From: a bacterium
GTDB taxonomy: Bacteria > JADJOY01
Reading direction: 5' to 3'
Assembly (NCBI GenBank): GCA_046331705.1
Contig: JAXLQJ010000041.1
Location: 1 to 64,000 of the forward strand
DNA: 64,000 bases
The notes beneath the pieces are model-generated. The model searched no databases. It saw nothing but the letters and a program-made list of their open reading frames with translations, and had not been told where the DNA came from. Both the position numbers and the translations under genes were made by a program. Shown piece after piece: positions 18,636 to 29,095 of this stretch; the stretch's first letter is position 1; each line of letters opens with the position of its first letter.

Positions 18636-19618
18636 GCGCGGGCCGACGCGGCGGCGCCCGACGACCGGCGCGACCGCACGCCGTCCTCGACCAAGTCGAG
18701 CATCCGCCCTTCGAGCGCCACACCGCTCAGGTTTCGGATCTCCTGGAATCCGGTGGGGCTGGTGACGTTGATCTCGGTGACGTAGCCGGCGATCACGTCG
18801 AGCCCCACCAGCTCGAGGCCGAGGCGCGCGAACTCGGGACGCAGCCGCGCGCAGATCTCGCGATCGCGATCGTCGACGTCGGCGTGCACGCAGGTGGCGC
18901 CGACGTGGATGTTGGCGCGGAACTCGTTGTGGGTTCGCGGCACGCGCAGCACCGCGCCCGCCGGCTCGCCGCCGATCACGATGAGCCGTTTGTCGCCCCG
19001 GCTCGCCGCTTCCAGGTACTCCTGCGCGAGCACCGGTGTGCGCCCGAAATGCGTGCTGCTCTCGAGGATGACGCTCAGGTTGGGATCGCCGTCGCGAACC
19101 AGGAAGACTCCCGACCCGCCGCTGCCGTCGAGTCGCTTCACCACCATGCGGCCGCCGAGCTCATCGAGCAGACGCTTGAGCTCGGCGGGATCGCTGGCCA
19201 GGTGCGTGCGCGGGATCAGCTCCGGAAAGCGCAGCCCGAAGAGCTTCTCGGTGGCCTCGCGCAAGCCCAGCGCGCCGTTCAGCACCCAGGTCCCCGAGAG
19301 CGCCGGATCGAGCAGATGCGTCGCGTAGAAATAGCCCATGTCGTAGGGCGGGTCCTTGCGCATGAAGACCGCGTCCATGTCCGCGAGCGGTCGAGCCTCG
19401 GGCGGACCGAGCTCGTAGTGCGGCGAGCCGCGCCGCACGCGCGCCCGCCGCATGCGCCCCCACGTGCGCCCGGAGCGCAGCATGAGGTCCGGCAGCTCCA
19501 GGTACTGCACGGCGTGGCCGCGAGCCTGGGCTTCCAGCATCAAGACGAAGGTGGTGTCCTTGTCCGTGTCGATGGAACCGATCGGATCCATCACGAACGC
19601 GAGCTCGAGCGCGGCCAT
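18632..19618 (-). CDS. gshB: Glutathione synthetase
   Basis: FVMDPI..KDTTF, FMRKDPP, GDKRL, FRANIHVG, TEINVTSPTG. Confidence 0.96.
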   Translation of the reverse strand: MAALELAFVMDPIGSIDTDKDTTFVLMLEAQARGHAVQYLELPDLMLRSGRTWGRMRRARVRRGSPHYELGPPEARPLADMDAVFMRKDPPYDMGYFYATHLLDPALSGTWVLNGALGLREATEKLFGLRFPELIPRTHLASDPAELKRLLDELGGRMVVKRLDGSGGSGVFLVRDGDPNLSVILESSTHFGRTPVLAQEYLEAASRGDKRLIVIGGEPAGAVLRVPRTHNEFRANIHVGATCVHADVDDRDREICARLRPEFARLGLELVGLDVIAGYVTEINVTSPTGFQEIRNLSGVALEGRMLDLVEDGVRSRRSSGAAASARA

Positions 19619-19935
19619 GTCACTCCGGGGCGGTCCCATGGGTGGGACGCGAGATCGACGTGGCCCGGCAGTCTACTCCGTCGCGCGGGCGCGGCGATCG
19701 CACGAATTTGCTGGCGATGCGCCCACCGGCGAGGGATATACTCACCGCGCGCTCGACCGGTGCACGCCTCGCTGGCCACCCAGACCGGCTCCCCGCGCCC
19801 GCGCGCCACCACCCCCCGGCGCCGAGCGCTCGCGATGTCCGATCGGAAGCTCGGCCTCGCCGATTCGCACACGAGCGCCACCATCGCCACCGAGCCCCGG
19901 TGCCCGGCGGCCAGAAAAGGAGCGCGACGAACGTC

Positions 19936-20877
19936 ATGGTCGATCTGAGCCGCGTCCAGGCCTTGCGGACGAACATGGAACGAATGCTGGTCGGCAAGCC
20001 CGACGCCGTGAGGCTCGCCACGGTGGCGCTCTTCGCCCGCGGCCACCTGCTGCTCGAGGACGTGCCCGGGGTGGGCAAGACCACCCTCGCGCTGGCGATC
20101 GCCCGCAGCCTCGACGGCAAGATGCGGCGCATCCAGTTCACCGTCGATCTGCTGCCGGCGGACGTGCTGGGCGTCTCCGTCTACGACCGCGACAAGCGCG
20201 TGTTCGAGTTTCGCCCCGGCCCGGTCTTCGCCAACATCGTCCTCGCCGACGAGGTGAACCGCGCCACACCCAAGACCCAGAGCGCGCTGCTCGAGGCGAT
20301 GAACGAGTTCCAGGTGACGGTGGACAACGACACCCACCCACTACCACAGCCGTTCATGGTGATCGCCACCCAGAACCCGCTCGAGTTCCACGGCACCTAT
20401 CCCTTGCCCGAGTCCCAGCTCGACCGCTTCCTGGTGGCGCTCCGTCTCGGCTACCCGGACCGCGATCACGAGCGGCAGATCCTCCGCAATCCCGAGCTCT
20501 ACGGCGCCCGCAACGAGCTCGAAGCGGTGATCACGCCCGAGCAGGTGGTGGCCATCCAGGACGAGGTCGAGCGCGTGCGCGTGGCGGCTCCGCTCGAGGA
20601 TTACGTGCTGGATCTGGTGCACGCGATCCGCGACCACGATCAGGTCGAGCTCGGCGTGAGCACCCGCGGCGCCGTCCATCTCTATCGCGCGGCACAGGCC
20701 CACGCGCTGGTCGAAGGCCGCGAGCACGTCCTGCCGGACGACGTGAAGGCGATGGCGGTGGCGGTGCTCGCCCATCGCATCGTGCTCCGAACCCGCGGCG
20801 GCAATGGGTTCCGGCCCTACGCGCAGGCGGCGCAGGTCGTGCAATCCGTGCTCGGTCGCGTGGCCGTCCCGGTCTGA
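19936..20877 (+). CDS. moxR: MoxR-family AAA+ ATPase
   Basis: HLLLEDVPGVGKT, RIQFT.DLLPAD, LADEVNRA.PKTQSALLEAM, ATQNP, LPESQLDRF. Confidence 0.96.
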   Translation: MVDLSRVQALRTNMERMLVGKPDAVRLATVALFARGHLLLEDVPGVGKTTLALAIARSLDGKMRRIQFTVDLLPADVLGVSVYDRDKRVFEFRPGPVFANIVLADEVNRATPKTQSALLEAMNEFQVTVDNDTHPLPQPFMVIATQNPLEFHGTYPLPESQLDRFLVALRLGYPDRDHERQILRNPELYGARNELEAVITPEQVVAIQDEVERVRVAAPLEDYVLDLVHAIRDHDQVELGVSTRGAVHLYRAAQAHALVEGREHVLPDDVKAMAVAVLAHRIVLRTRGGNGFRPYAQAAQVVQSVLGRVAVPV

Positions 20878-20891
20878 CGCAGCGTTCGTCC

Positions 20892-21971
20892 ATGGCCGCT
20901 CGCGCCGCCCTCGAGTCGCGGTTTCCGGCCGCGGCGCCGCAGGAGATCCCGCGGATCCGCGCGGAGGGCGTCGTGTTCCTGGTGCTCACGTTCGCCGTCG
21001 GCCTGGCGGCGATGAACACCGGGAACAACGTCCTCTACCTGGTGCTCGCGATGATGCTCGCGTTCTTCCTGGTCTCCGGCATCCTGGCGCTCAGCACGTT
21101 GCGACGGGTCTCGGGGACGCGCCGCCTCCCGGGCCGCATCCACGCCGGCGAGCCGGTGCTCGCGACGCTGGTGCTGCGCAACGACAAGCGCTGGCTGGCG
21201 AGCTTCGCCCTCGAGTGCACGGACTCGGCGGCCGGCGGCAAGCCGGTGCTGTTCAAGTTCGTCCCCGAGGTGCCGGCGCGTGGCGAGGTCGAGCTCACCG
21301 CCGAATATCGTTTCGAGCGACGGGGCGTCGCGCGACTGCCCGGGCTGCGAATCGGCACGCGCTTCCCGTTCGGCTTCATCGAGCGCGGCCGGCGAGTCCC
21401 GGTTCCGCTCGAGGTGCTGGTGTGGCCGCGCCTCGACCGCAGCTCCGTGCCGGGCATCCTGCGCGGGCTCGGCGAAGGCGGCGAGCCGTCGCACCGCAAG
21501 GGCATGGGCGAGGAGATCCATTCCATCCGGCCCTTCCAGCATGGCGACTCGCCGCGCCACATCTCGTGGAAGCACAGCGGCAGGACCGGCGCGCTCCTGG
21601 TTCGCGACTTCGAGATGCCGGCGATGCAACGGATCACGCTGGTGCTCGATCTCGCCGAGGCCGCCAAGCGCGAGCGGCGCGAGCCGAATCACGACCCGGA
21701 GATCGAGGCGGCGATCAGCCGCGCCGCCGGCATCGCCACCGAGCTGGTGCAGCACGGCTTCGCCGTGCGCCTCGCCACCCACGGCATCGTGATCGCGCAC
21801 GGCACCGGCCCGAGCCACGTCGACGGGATACTGGAGGCCCTCGCGCGACTCGATCCCTACGGCCCGATCCTCGCCCCGCTCGCGATCCCGGAGCCCGTGT
21901 TCGGCGAGCCCGCGCCCGTGACGATTCAGCCGACGCCGCCGGTGCGCTCGGCAGCCGGAGGCGTGTCCTGA
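20892..21971 (+). CDS. DUF58 family protein
   Basis: AAMNTGNN.LY, TRFPFGF, IRPFQHGDSPRHISWKHS; lies directly after moxR. Confidence 0.92.
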   Translation: MAARAALESRFPAAAPQEIPRIRAEGVVFLVLTFAVGLAAMNTGNNVLYLVLAMMLAFFLVSGILALSTLRRVSGTRRLPGRIHAGEPVLATLVLRNDKRWLASFALECTDSAAGGKPVLFKFVPEVPARGEVELTAEYRFERRGVARLPGLRIGTRFPFGFIERGRRVPVPLEVLVWPRLDRSSVPGILRGLGEGGEPSHRKGMGEEIHSIRPFQHGDSPRHISWKHSGRTGALLVRDFEMPAMQRITLVLDLAEAAKRERREPNHDPEIEAAISRAAGIATELVQHGFAVRLATHGIVIAHGTGPSHVDGILEALARLDPYGPILAPLAIPEPVFGEPAPVTIQPTPPVRSAAGGVS

Positions 21972-21994
21972 GCGCCACCGAGCTCGGCGCGAGC

Positions 21995-24274
21995 GTGCGC
22001 CTCGCCCGCTGGGCCGGGCGCCGCCCGGGCTTCAGCACGCGTTTCCACGACCTCACGTACGCCATGTGCGCGGCGGCGCTGCTGCCGCTCTTCAGCGTCC
22101 ACGTGCTGACCTGGCCGTGGCTGATTCCGTGCGCCGCGGTGCTGGCCGGCGGCTATCTCGCCGACCTCGGCCGCATCCCGCGCATCAGCAGCCTGCCGTT
22201 CTGGGTGGTCGTGACGGCGCTGGTGGCCGCGTGGGTGGCCCTGCAGATGCCGAGCGCGGACACCCGCTTCTCCGGCTTCGTGCGGCTGGTCCTCTACCTG
22301 CAGGCCTACCGGCTGCTCCACCCCAAGACCAACCGCGAGTACGTGCAGATTCACCTGCTCGCGCTCTTCCAGATCCTCATCACGACCGCGTTCAGCCCGA
22401 GCTTCTCGATCGCACCGATGCTCTTCGCCTACATGGTGACGAGCACGTGGGCGCTGATGGCGCTCACGGTGAAGCGCGGCCTGGAGTCCGAGGCGACGTT
22501 CCTCGAGACCGCGCGGCCGCCGGCGCTGCCGGTCGGCGCGCCAACCGTGGCCGACGGTCTGGTGCGCGCGCGCTACCTCCTCGGCACGGCCGGCGTCGCG
22601 CTCGGGACCTTCCTCGTCACCTTTCCCATCTTCTACGCCATTCCCCGCCTCGGAACCGGTTTTTTCCTGAGCCCGCTCGTGAGCACGCGGCTCATCTCCG
22701 GCTTCAACGAGGAGGTGAACCTGGGGGCGGTGGGCGAGCTCGAGCTGAGCAGCGGGCTGGCGCTCAGGATCCAGCTCGACGATCCGCAGAAGCTCCCGCT
22801 GCTCGGCAACATCCGTCACATCCGCGGGATCGCGCTCAACCAATACGACGGGCGCGGCCATTGGCGGAACACCCTCGAGAAGCGCACCCTTCCGCCCCGC
22901 TCCCAGAACCCGCTCGTCTCACGCGACTTCCAGGTCGGCCCGAGCCCCGGCCGGCGCCCCGTCGTTGCGTACACCGTCTACCTGGAACCGATCGGCACGA
23001 GCGCGCTTTTCGCGTTACCGGTCCCGTTCCAGGTGCTGGTGCAGAGCGAGCTCCTGCGCGTCGACGAAGCCGGCTCGATCATGCTGCCGCGGGTGCCGGG
23101 AGCGACCCTCGCCTACACGGCGCAATCGTTCATCAAGGACCCGGATCCGGAGCGGCTGCGCAACGAAGGCACCGAGTACGACGACGACGTCCGCGCTCAC
23201 TACCTCGGCGTCTACTCGAGCATGGACCCGCGAGTCGCGGATCTGGCGCGCGAGATCACGGCGGGGGCGACCAACGCCTACGACAAGGCGGCCGCCATCC
23301 GCGACTACCTGGAACGCAACTACACGTACTCGCTCGAGCTGGCGGCCGATCACCGCTTCCTGCCGCTCGAGGACTTCCTGTTCGTCCAGAAGCGCGGCCA
23401 CTGCGAGTACTTCGCCACCGCGCAGGCCATGTTGCTGCGCGCCGTCGGCGTGCCCACCCGGCTGGTGAACGGCTTTCTGCAGGGCGAGTGGAACCCGATC
23501 GGCGGCTATCTCATGGTGCGCCAGTCGGATGCGCACTCGTGGGTCGAGGTGTTCTTCCCCCGCGCCGGCTGGGTGACCTTCGACCCCTCGCCGCGCTCCA
23601 TCGCGCCCGTCGAGGCCGACACGACGCCCGCCGCCAACGCGATCCACTTCTTCGACGCGATCCGGATGGGCTGGAACCGCTACGTGCTCGCGTTCACCGC
23701 CGCGGATCAACGCAACGCCTTCGAGCGCATGGTCCAGGTCTACTCGAGCAATCGCTGGTTGCGGGGACCCGGTCCGCTCAAGTGGATCGAGCGCTCGCTT
23801 CGGTCTCCTTCCGGCGACACCGCGAAGCGCACGGTCGGCGGGGTCGTGATGCTGGTGGCGCTCGCCATCGCCGCCTGGAACCTCTGGGCTTCGCCGCGCA
23901 ACCTCGGCCGCTGGCGCAGGCGCAAGCGCACGGCCGACGCCGATCAGACGATCGCAGCGATCTTCTACCGCGAGATGGTCCGGCTCTTGGCTCGCAAGGG
24001 GATCGCCAAGGATCCGGCGGCCACGCCCCGCGAGTTCAGCGCCCACGTGCGCCGCCTCGAATCCGACGCCGCGGAGGCCGTGGCCCGCCTCACGGCGCTG
24101 GTCGAGGACGTGCGCTACGCGGGCGCGACGCTCACCGACGACGCCTGGAAGCGCGCCCGCGCCGATCTCGCGGCGGTCGAACGCGCGCGGCGTCTACCGC
24201 GCACCGCTCGGGCAGCGGTGGCGCGGGCGGACGCGACCGCGACGACGCGCCGACCGGACGCACCCGCCCACTGA
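21995..24274 (+). CDS. TgpA-like transglutaminase (DUF3488 TM region + transglutaminase + DUF4129)
   Basis: GHCEYFATA, GVPTRLVNGF, DAHSWVEV..GWVTFDPSP triad; start about 21968-21995. Confidence 0.93.
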   Translation: MRLARWAGRRPGFSTRFHDLTYAMCAAALLPLFSVHVLTWPWLIPCAAVLAGGYLADLGRIPRISSLPFWVVVTALVAAWVALQMPSADTRFSGFVRLVLYLQAYRLLHPKTNREYVQIHLLALFQILITTAFSPSFSIAPMLFAYMVTSTWALMALTVKRGLESEATFLETARPPALPVGAPTVADGLVRARYLLGTAGVALGTFLVTFPIFYAIPRLGTGFFLSPLVSTRLISGFNEEVNLGAVGELELSSGLALRIQLDDPQKLPLLGNIRHIRGIALNQYDGRGHWRNTLEKRTLPPRSQNPLVSRDFQVGPSPGRRPVVAYTVYLEPIGTSALFALPVPFQVLVQSELLRVDEAGSIMLPRVPGATLAYTAQSFIKDPDPERLRNEGTEYDDDVRAHYLGVYSSMDPRVADLAREITAGATNAYDKAAAIRDYLERNYTYSLELAADHRFLPLEDFLFVQKRGHCEYFATAQAMLLRAVGVPTRLVNGFLQGEWNPIGGYLMVRQSDAHSWVEVFFPRAGWVTFDPSPRSIAPVEADTTPAANAIHFFDAIRMGWNRYVLAFTAADQRNAFERMVQVYSSNRWLRGPGPLKWIERSLRSPSGDTAKRTVGGVVMLVALAIAAWNLWASPRNLGRWRRRKRTADADQTIAAIFYREMVRLLARKGIAKDPAATPREFSAHVRRLESDAAEAVARLTALVEDVRYAGATLTDDAWKRARADLAAVERARRLPRTARAAVARADATATTRRPDAPAH

Positions 24275-24311
24275 TCCCTCGCCCACGCCCGCGCAGCGAG
24301 GGCCGCGGCGC

Positions 24312-26150
24312 TCACTCGCGACTGCGGGTGCGAATCGACGTCAGCACGCGCTCGCGTGCCTCCGCCACGGTCACGGTCTCTTGGTCCTGCCGACCGTAGC
24401 GACGCCAGGTGATCGTCGCGTTCGCCTGCTCGCGCTCGCCGACCACCCAGATGTTCGGGATCTTCCGGGTCACGGCGTTGCGGACCTTCTTGCCCATCGT
24501 GTCGGCGGAGTCGTCGATCTCGGCACGCACCAGCTCGCCGCGAAGCTCGTCGACCAGCTTCTGCCCGTATTCCACGAAGCGCTCCCCCACCGGCACCACG
24601 CGCACCTGCACCGGCGCGAGCCAGGTGGGGAAGGCGCCGCCGAAGTGCTCGATCAGGAACGCGGTGAAGCGCTCGTGGGTGCCGAGCGGCGCGCGGTGGA
24701 TGACGTACGGGCGGTGCTCCTGGTTGTCGGTGCCGACGTAGCTCAGGCCGAGCCGCTCGGGCACCGCGAAGTCGAGCTGGTTGGTGCTCGCGGTCTCCTC
24801 GCGCCCGGTGACGGTACGGAACTGCACGTCGATCTTGGGGCCGTAGAACGCGGCCTCGCCCTTGCCCTCGACGAACGGCAGCCCGCTCTCCTCCATCGCC
24901 GAGCGCACCAGCTTCTGGGTGCGATCCCACGCCTCGGGGTTGGGCACGTACTTCTCGGCGCCCTTGGGATCGTCGGGGTCCCAGGTGGAAAAGCGCATGT
25001 AGTAGTCGCTGAGACCGAGGATCTCGTACACCCGCCGGTGCAGCTCCATGACCTTCAAGAACTCCGAACGGATCTGATCCTCGGTGCAGTAGATGTGCGC
25101 GTCGTTCATGCACATGCCGCGCACCCGCAAGAGTCCCGAGAGCGCTCCCGAGTCCTCGAACCGGTAGACCTGGCCGTACTCGGCGAGCCGCAGCGGCAGA
25201 TCCCGGTAGCTGCGCAGCCGGGACGCGAAGATTCGGTGGTGGTGCGGGCAATTCATCGGACGCAGCGCGTAGGACTCCTTGACGGCCTCACCCACGGCGA
25301 TCTCGCCCTGCTCGTTCTCGCGGAGCTCCATCAGCTCCATGAACGGGAACATGTGCGGCGCGTAATACGGCAGGTGACCCGTCTTGTAGTAGAGCTCCGC
25401 GCGCGCCAGGTGCGGGGTCGCCACGCGCTGGTAGCCGTCCCGGAACTCGAGCTCCTTGATGAGCTTCTCGAGCTCGTCGCGGATCACGGTGCCGTTCGGC
25501 AGCCACAGCGGCAGCCCCTTGCCGATCATCTCGTCGATGACGAAGAGATCGAGCTCACGACCGAGCTTCTTGTGATCGCGCGCCAGGGCCTCGTGGTAGG
25601 CCTTCACGTACGCGTCGAGCTCTTCCTGGGTGGCGAAGGCCCATGCGTAGATGCGGGTCATCATCACGTTGTCGCTGTTACCGCGCCAGTACGCGCCCGC
25701 GAGGCTCTTGAGCTTGAAGCAGCGCTTGGGGATCTGCTTGGTGCTCGCGACGTGCGGCCCCTCGCACATGTCGAGGAACGGGCCGTTCTTGAAGAACGAG
25801 AGCTTGTCGATGCCGTGCTTCTCGAAGAGCTCCTCGGCGTACTCGCGCTTGTAGGGCTCGTTCATCGCGGCGAGACGCGCGAAGGCCGCCTCGCGATCGA
25901 GATCCTCGCGCTCGAAGCTCTGGTTCTGCGCGATGATCTTGCGCATCCGCTCCTCGATCTCGGGGAAGTCCTCCTCGGTGAGCGGGCTCGACAGGATGAA
26001 GTCGTAGTAGAAGCCGTCGCGAATCGGCGGGCCGAAGCCGAGTGTCGAGCCCGGGCGGATCTCCAGCACCGCTTGCGCCAGCACGTGGGCGAGACTGTGA
26101 CGGATCCGGTAGACCGGATCGTCGGCGACTTCCTCTCCTCGATGTTCCAC
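24312..26150 (-). CDS. thrS: Threonyl-tRNA synthetase
   Basis: IRHSLAHVLAQA, DMCEGPH, GAYWRG, RDHKKLG, RPMNCPHH, AAFYGPKID, IHRA, WLAPVQV. Confidence 0.97.
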   Translation of the reverse strand: MEHRGEEVADDPVYRIRHSLAHVLAQAVLEIRPGSTLGFGPPIRDGFYYDFILSSPLTEEDFPEIEERMRKIIAQNQSFEREDLDREAAFARLAAMNEPYKREYAEELFEKHGIDKLSFFKNGPFLDMCEGPHVASTKQIPKRCFKLKSLAGAYWRGNSDNVMMTRIYAWAFATQEELDAYVKAYHEALARDHKKLGRELDLFVIDEMIGKGLPLWLPNGTVIRDELEKLIKELEFRDGYQRVATPHLARAELYYKTGHLPYYAPHMFPFMELMELRENEQGEIAVGEAVKESYALRPMNCPHHHRIFASRLRSYRDLPLRLAEYGQVYRFEDSGALSGLLRVRGMCMNDAHIYCTEDQIRSEFLKVMELHRRVYEILGLSDYYMRFSTWDPDDPKGAEKYVPNPEAWDRTQKLVRSAMEESGLPFVEGKGEAAFYGPKIDVQFRTVTGREETASTNQLDFAVPERLGLSYVGTDNQEHRPYVIHRAPLGTHERFTAFLIEHFGGAFPTWLAPVQVRVVPVGERFVEYGQKLVDELRGELVRAEIDDSADTMGKKVRNAVTRKIPNIWVVGEREQANATITWRRYGRQDQETVTVAEARERVLTSIRTRSRE

Positions 26151-26374
26151 GGTCGAACCCTCGTCGACGATCGGCGCCCGCCGCGCGGGCGCGAAAACGC
26201 GAGCGAAGCGCGACCCCGCCGCGCTCCGCCGCCGCAATTCGCGGATGGTAACATGCGGCGCTCTCGACGTCGGCGCGAGCCCCTTCCCCGCCTCCGCCGC
26301 GAGCTCCGCCCCGCCTCTCGCCTCGGCCTCGGCACCCGTCCGCGCGCATTCCCGTGCATGATTCCCGGCGCCTC

Positions 26375-27871
26375 ATGAGCCGCGCGTTCTCCACGTTCCT
26401 CGTCATGGCGCCGTGCCGGCGCCTGCAGTTCAATCTGAGCGACATGTACCCGGTTCCCCGGCTGGGGATCGGCTACCTGTCCGCGCACCTCAAGGCCCAC
26501 GGTCATGCCAACGTCGAGACTCGCGACATCATCGCCGAGCGCGAGTGGGTGCCGGACCTGGTGCGGCGCTTCACCGAGCGCGGGGCACCCGATCTGCTGG
26601 GCATCAGCGTCACGATCCTGAGCTTGCGCGAGGCCTTCGAGATCGCCCGCGGCGTGAAGACGCGCTTTCCGCACACGCGCGTGGTCGTGGGTGGCCCGGG
26701 CGTGAACGGCTTCGCGGCCAGCTCGCTGCTGCGCTACGGCGACGCCGTCGATTTCTTCGTACGCGGCGAAGGCGAGGCGGCGCTGCTCGGCCTGGTTCGA
26801 GCGCTCGAATCCGGCCAGCCGTCGTTCGCCGCGGTGCCCGGGCTGGTGTGGCGCGACGCCGCTGGCGACGCGGTCGAGAATCCGCGCGGCGCCTACCGCG
26901 ACCTCGACGACGGCATTCGCGTCGACTACGCGGCGCAGCCGATGGCGCGCTTTCGCCTCCACCCGCCGATGGGTGTCTATCCGTACGCCACGATGATGGA
27001 GACCGCGCGCGGCTGCTCGTTCTCGTGCGAGTTCTGTTGCCTCTCGATGCCGGTCCGCGAACGCAGCCCCGCCGGCGTGGAAGCGGAGCTGCGCGACCTG
27101 ATGCGCGCGTACGATCTGCGCGAGGTGCACTTCATCGACCCGACCTTCACGTTGCACCGGGCGCGCAGCGAGGAGCTCGTCGAGCGCGTCGGACGCCTCG
27201 GCCTGCGCTGGTCGTGCAAGACGCGCGTCGACAAGGTCGACGAACGGCTCGCGGCCCGGATGGCGGCCGCCGGCTGCTACCTCGTCGCGTTCGGCGTCGA
27301 ATCCGGCGAGGACGACATTCTCGGCGCGCTCGGCAAGAACGCGACCGGCGAGCGCGCCATCGAGACCTTCGCCGCGTGCCGCCGTCATCGCATCCGCACC
27401 ACGGCCTACCTGCTGCTCGCGAGCCCGAGCGAGACCGAGGCGCACGTGGATCGAACCATCTCCTTCGTGCGGCGCCTGGCGCCCGATTACGTGCTCTACG
27501 ACCTGCTGCAGGCCGATCCCGCCAACCCGCTCACACGCGAGCGCATCGCCGACGGCGCCTTCACCGCCGACGACCTGGACCGCTACTACCTCTCGGACGA
27601 TGCCACGCCGCTCCACCACGCCACCGTCGCCGGCCACGCGATGAGCGTGGCGCGCCGTCGCATCGAACGCGCCAGCAGCGACTTCTACGTGCGTCCCCGC
27701 TACTTCTGGGAGCGGATCCGGGACCTGCGCACCCTGCAGGACGCCCTGAACCTCGGCGCCGGCGGGCTCACCTTCTTCAAGGACCTCCTGGGGCTCGGCC
27801 GCCTCTGGGACCACGGAACGCCAAGCCGCGGCCACCGCGAGGGAACCCATGACACCGATCACGGCACCTGA
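26375..27871 (+). CDS. Cobalamin-binding radical SAM protein
   Basis: PRLGIGYLSA and VVGGPG B12-domain motifs; TARGCSFSCEFC; FGVESG. Confidence 0.92.
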   Translation: MSRAFSTFLVMAPCRRLQFNLSDMYPVPRLGIGYLSAHLKAHGHANVETRDIIAEREWVPDLVRRFTERGAPDLLGISVTILSLREAFEIARGVKTRFPHTRVVVGGPGVNGFAASSLLRYGDAVDFFVRGEGEAALLGLVRALESGQPSFAAVPGLVWRDAAGDAVENPRGAYRDLDDGIRVDYAAQPMARFRLHPPMGVYPYATMMETARGCSFSCEFCCLSMPVRERSPAGVEAELRDLMRAYDLREVHFIDPTFTLHRARSEELVERVGRLGLRWSCKTRVDKVDERLAARMAAAGCYLVAFGVESGEDDILGALGKNATGERAIETFAACRRHRIRTTAYLLLASPSETEAHVDRTISFVRRLAPDYVLYDLLQADPANPLTRERIADGAFTADDLDRYYLSDDATPLHHATVAGHAMSVARRRIERASSDFYVRPRYFWERIRDLRTLQDALNLGAGGLTFFKDLLGLGRLWDHGTPSRGHREGTHDTDHGT

Positions 27872-28487
27872 GATCGAAGCCTATTGCGCGCGCCACTCCA
27901 CTCCCGGCAACGACCTGTTGCGGCGCCTCGCGGAGGAGACGCAGCGCGATTTCAGCGCCCCGCAGATGATGGTCGGCGATCTCGAGGGGGCCTTCCTCGC
28001 GTTCCAGGCGCGCGCCATCGGCGCCCGGCGCATCCTCGAGATCGGCACCTTCACCGGCTGCAGCGCGCTGTGGCTGGCGTCGGCGCTGCCACCGGACGGC
28101 GAGCTCGTGTGCGTCGATCGCGACCCGCGCGCGGCGGCGGTCGCGAAACGCTATCTCGCCGAGGCCGGGCTGGGGGCGCGGGTACGCTTCCACGTGGGGC
28201 CCGCCCGTGAGCAGCTCGCTCAGCTCGACGGGCGCTTCGATCTGGTCTTCCTGGACGCCGACAAGGGCGGCTACGTCGAGTACCTCGACTGGGCGTTGCC
28301 GCGTCTCGATCGACGTGGGCTGGTGCTCGCCGACAACGTGCTGTGGAGCGGTCACGTCCTCGATCCGAAGACCGAGGACGATCACGCGCTGGTGCGCTTC
28401 GCGCAGCGCGTCGACGAGGACCCGGGGCTCGAGCGCGTGATGGTGCCGATCCGGGACGGGATCCTGATGATTCGGCGGCGCGAGTGA
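27849..28487 (+). CDS. Class I O-methyltransferase (caffeoyl-CoA OMT-like)
   Basis: ILEIGTFTGCS, FDLVFLDADK, ADNVLWSG, PIRDG. Confidence 0.94.
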   Translation: MTPITAPEIEAYCARHSTPGNDLLRRLAEETQRDFSAPQMMVGDLEGAFLAFQARAIGARRILEIGTFTGCSALWLASALPPDGELVCVDRDPRAAAVAKRYLAEAGLGARVRFHVGPAREQLAQLDGRFDLVFLDADKGGYVEYLDWALPRLDRRGLVLADNVLWSGHVLDPKTEDDHALVRFAQRVDEDPGLERVMVPIRDGILMIRRRE

Positions 28488-28518
28488 CCGGGATCACCCG
28501 CGCCGCGCCCGTGCATCC

Positions 28519-28989
28519 TCAGTTGAGCGTGAGCCGATACGAGCGCACCGAGCCCTCGAACTGCGTCACGACCACCGAGGCCAGATGGTTGGTCGACGAG
28601 CTCGTGCCATCGAAGAGGAAGACCTTGCAGGTCGTATCGGCCGTCGGCACGAAGCTCGACGTCACGATCATCGTCTCGTAGCCCTCCTCGCCGAGGTTGC
28701 GCGGGTTCTTGGGGGCTCGCCCCTGAAGCTCGCCGATGGTTTCGTCGATCGCGTGCTGAGCCGAGCTCGCGTCGCCGGCGGCCTGGAAGGTCTCCATCTT
28801 GTTGACGACCATGCCGTTGAGGAGCGTGTACGCGTCCTCGCAGGACGCGACCTTGGCCTTCTCCTGGGCGCCCAAGAGCTGCGGGATGGCGATCGCCGTG
28901 AGGATGCCGATGATCGCGACCACCACCATGAGCTCGAGGAGCGTGAAGCCTGGCGCGCCGCGAATCGAGCGTCGGGTGATCCTCTTCAT
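28519..28989 (-). CDS. Type IV pilin/pseudopilin-like prepilin (copy 2)
   Basis: G|FTLLELMVVVAIIGILTAIAIP; visibly paralogous to copy 1 over its full length. Confidence 0.92.
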   Translation of the reverse strand: MKRITRRSIRGAPGFTLLELMVVVAIIGILTAIAIPQLLGAQEKAKVASCEDAYTLLNGMVVNKMETFQAAGDASSAQHAIDETIGELQGRAPKNPRNLGEEGYETMIVTSSFVPTADTTCKVFLFDGTSSSTNHLASVVVTQFEGSVRSYRLTLN

Positions 28990-29095
28990 GACTTCCTGCC
29001 TCTCCGCGTGCCGAACGGCGCGCTCGTCGTCCGTCCACCCCATCGCGTCGCAGGTGGATCCTGACGGCGCTGGGCGGGATTCGAGCAGGCAGACA

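Noticed and set aside
19936-24274. MoxR-DUF58-transglutaminase operon as a novel system
   Set aside because: A widespread, already described arrangement
26150-26374. T-box leader for thrS
   Set aside because: No T-box consensus or terminator; the region is a short divergent promoter interval
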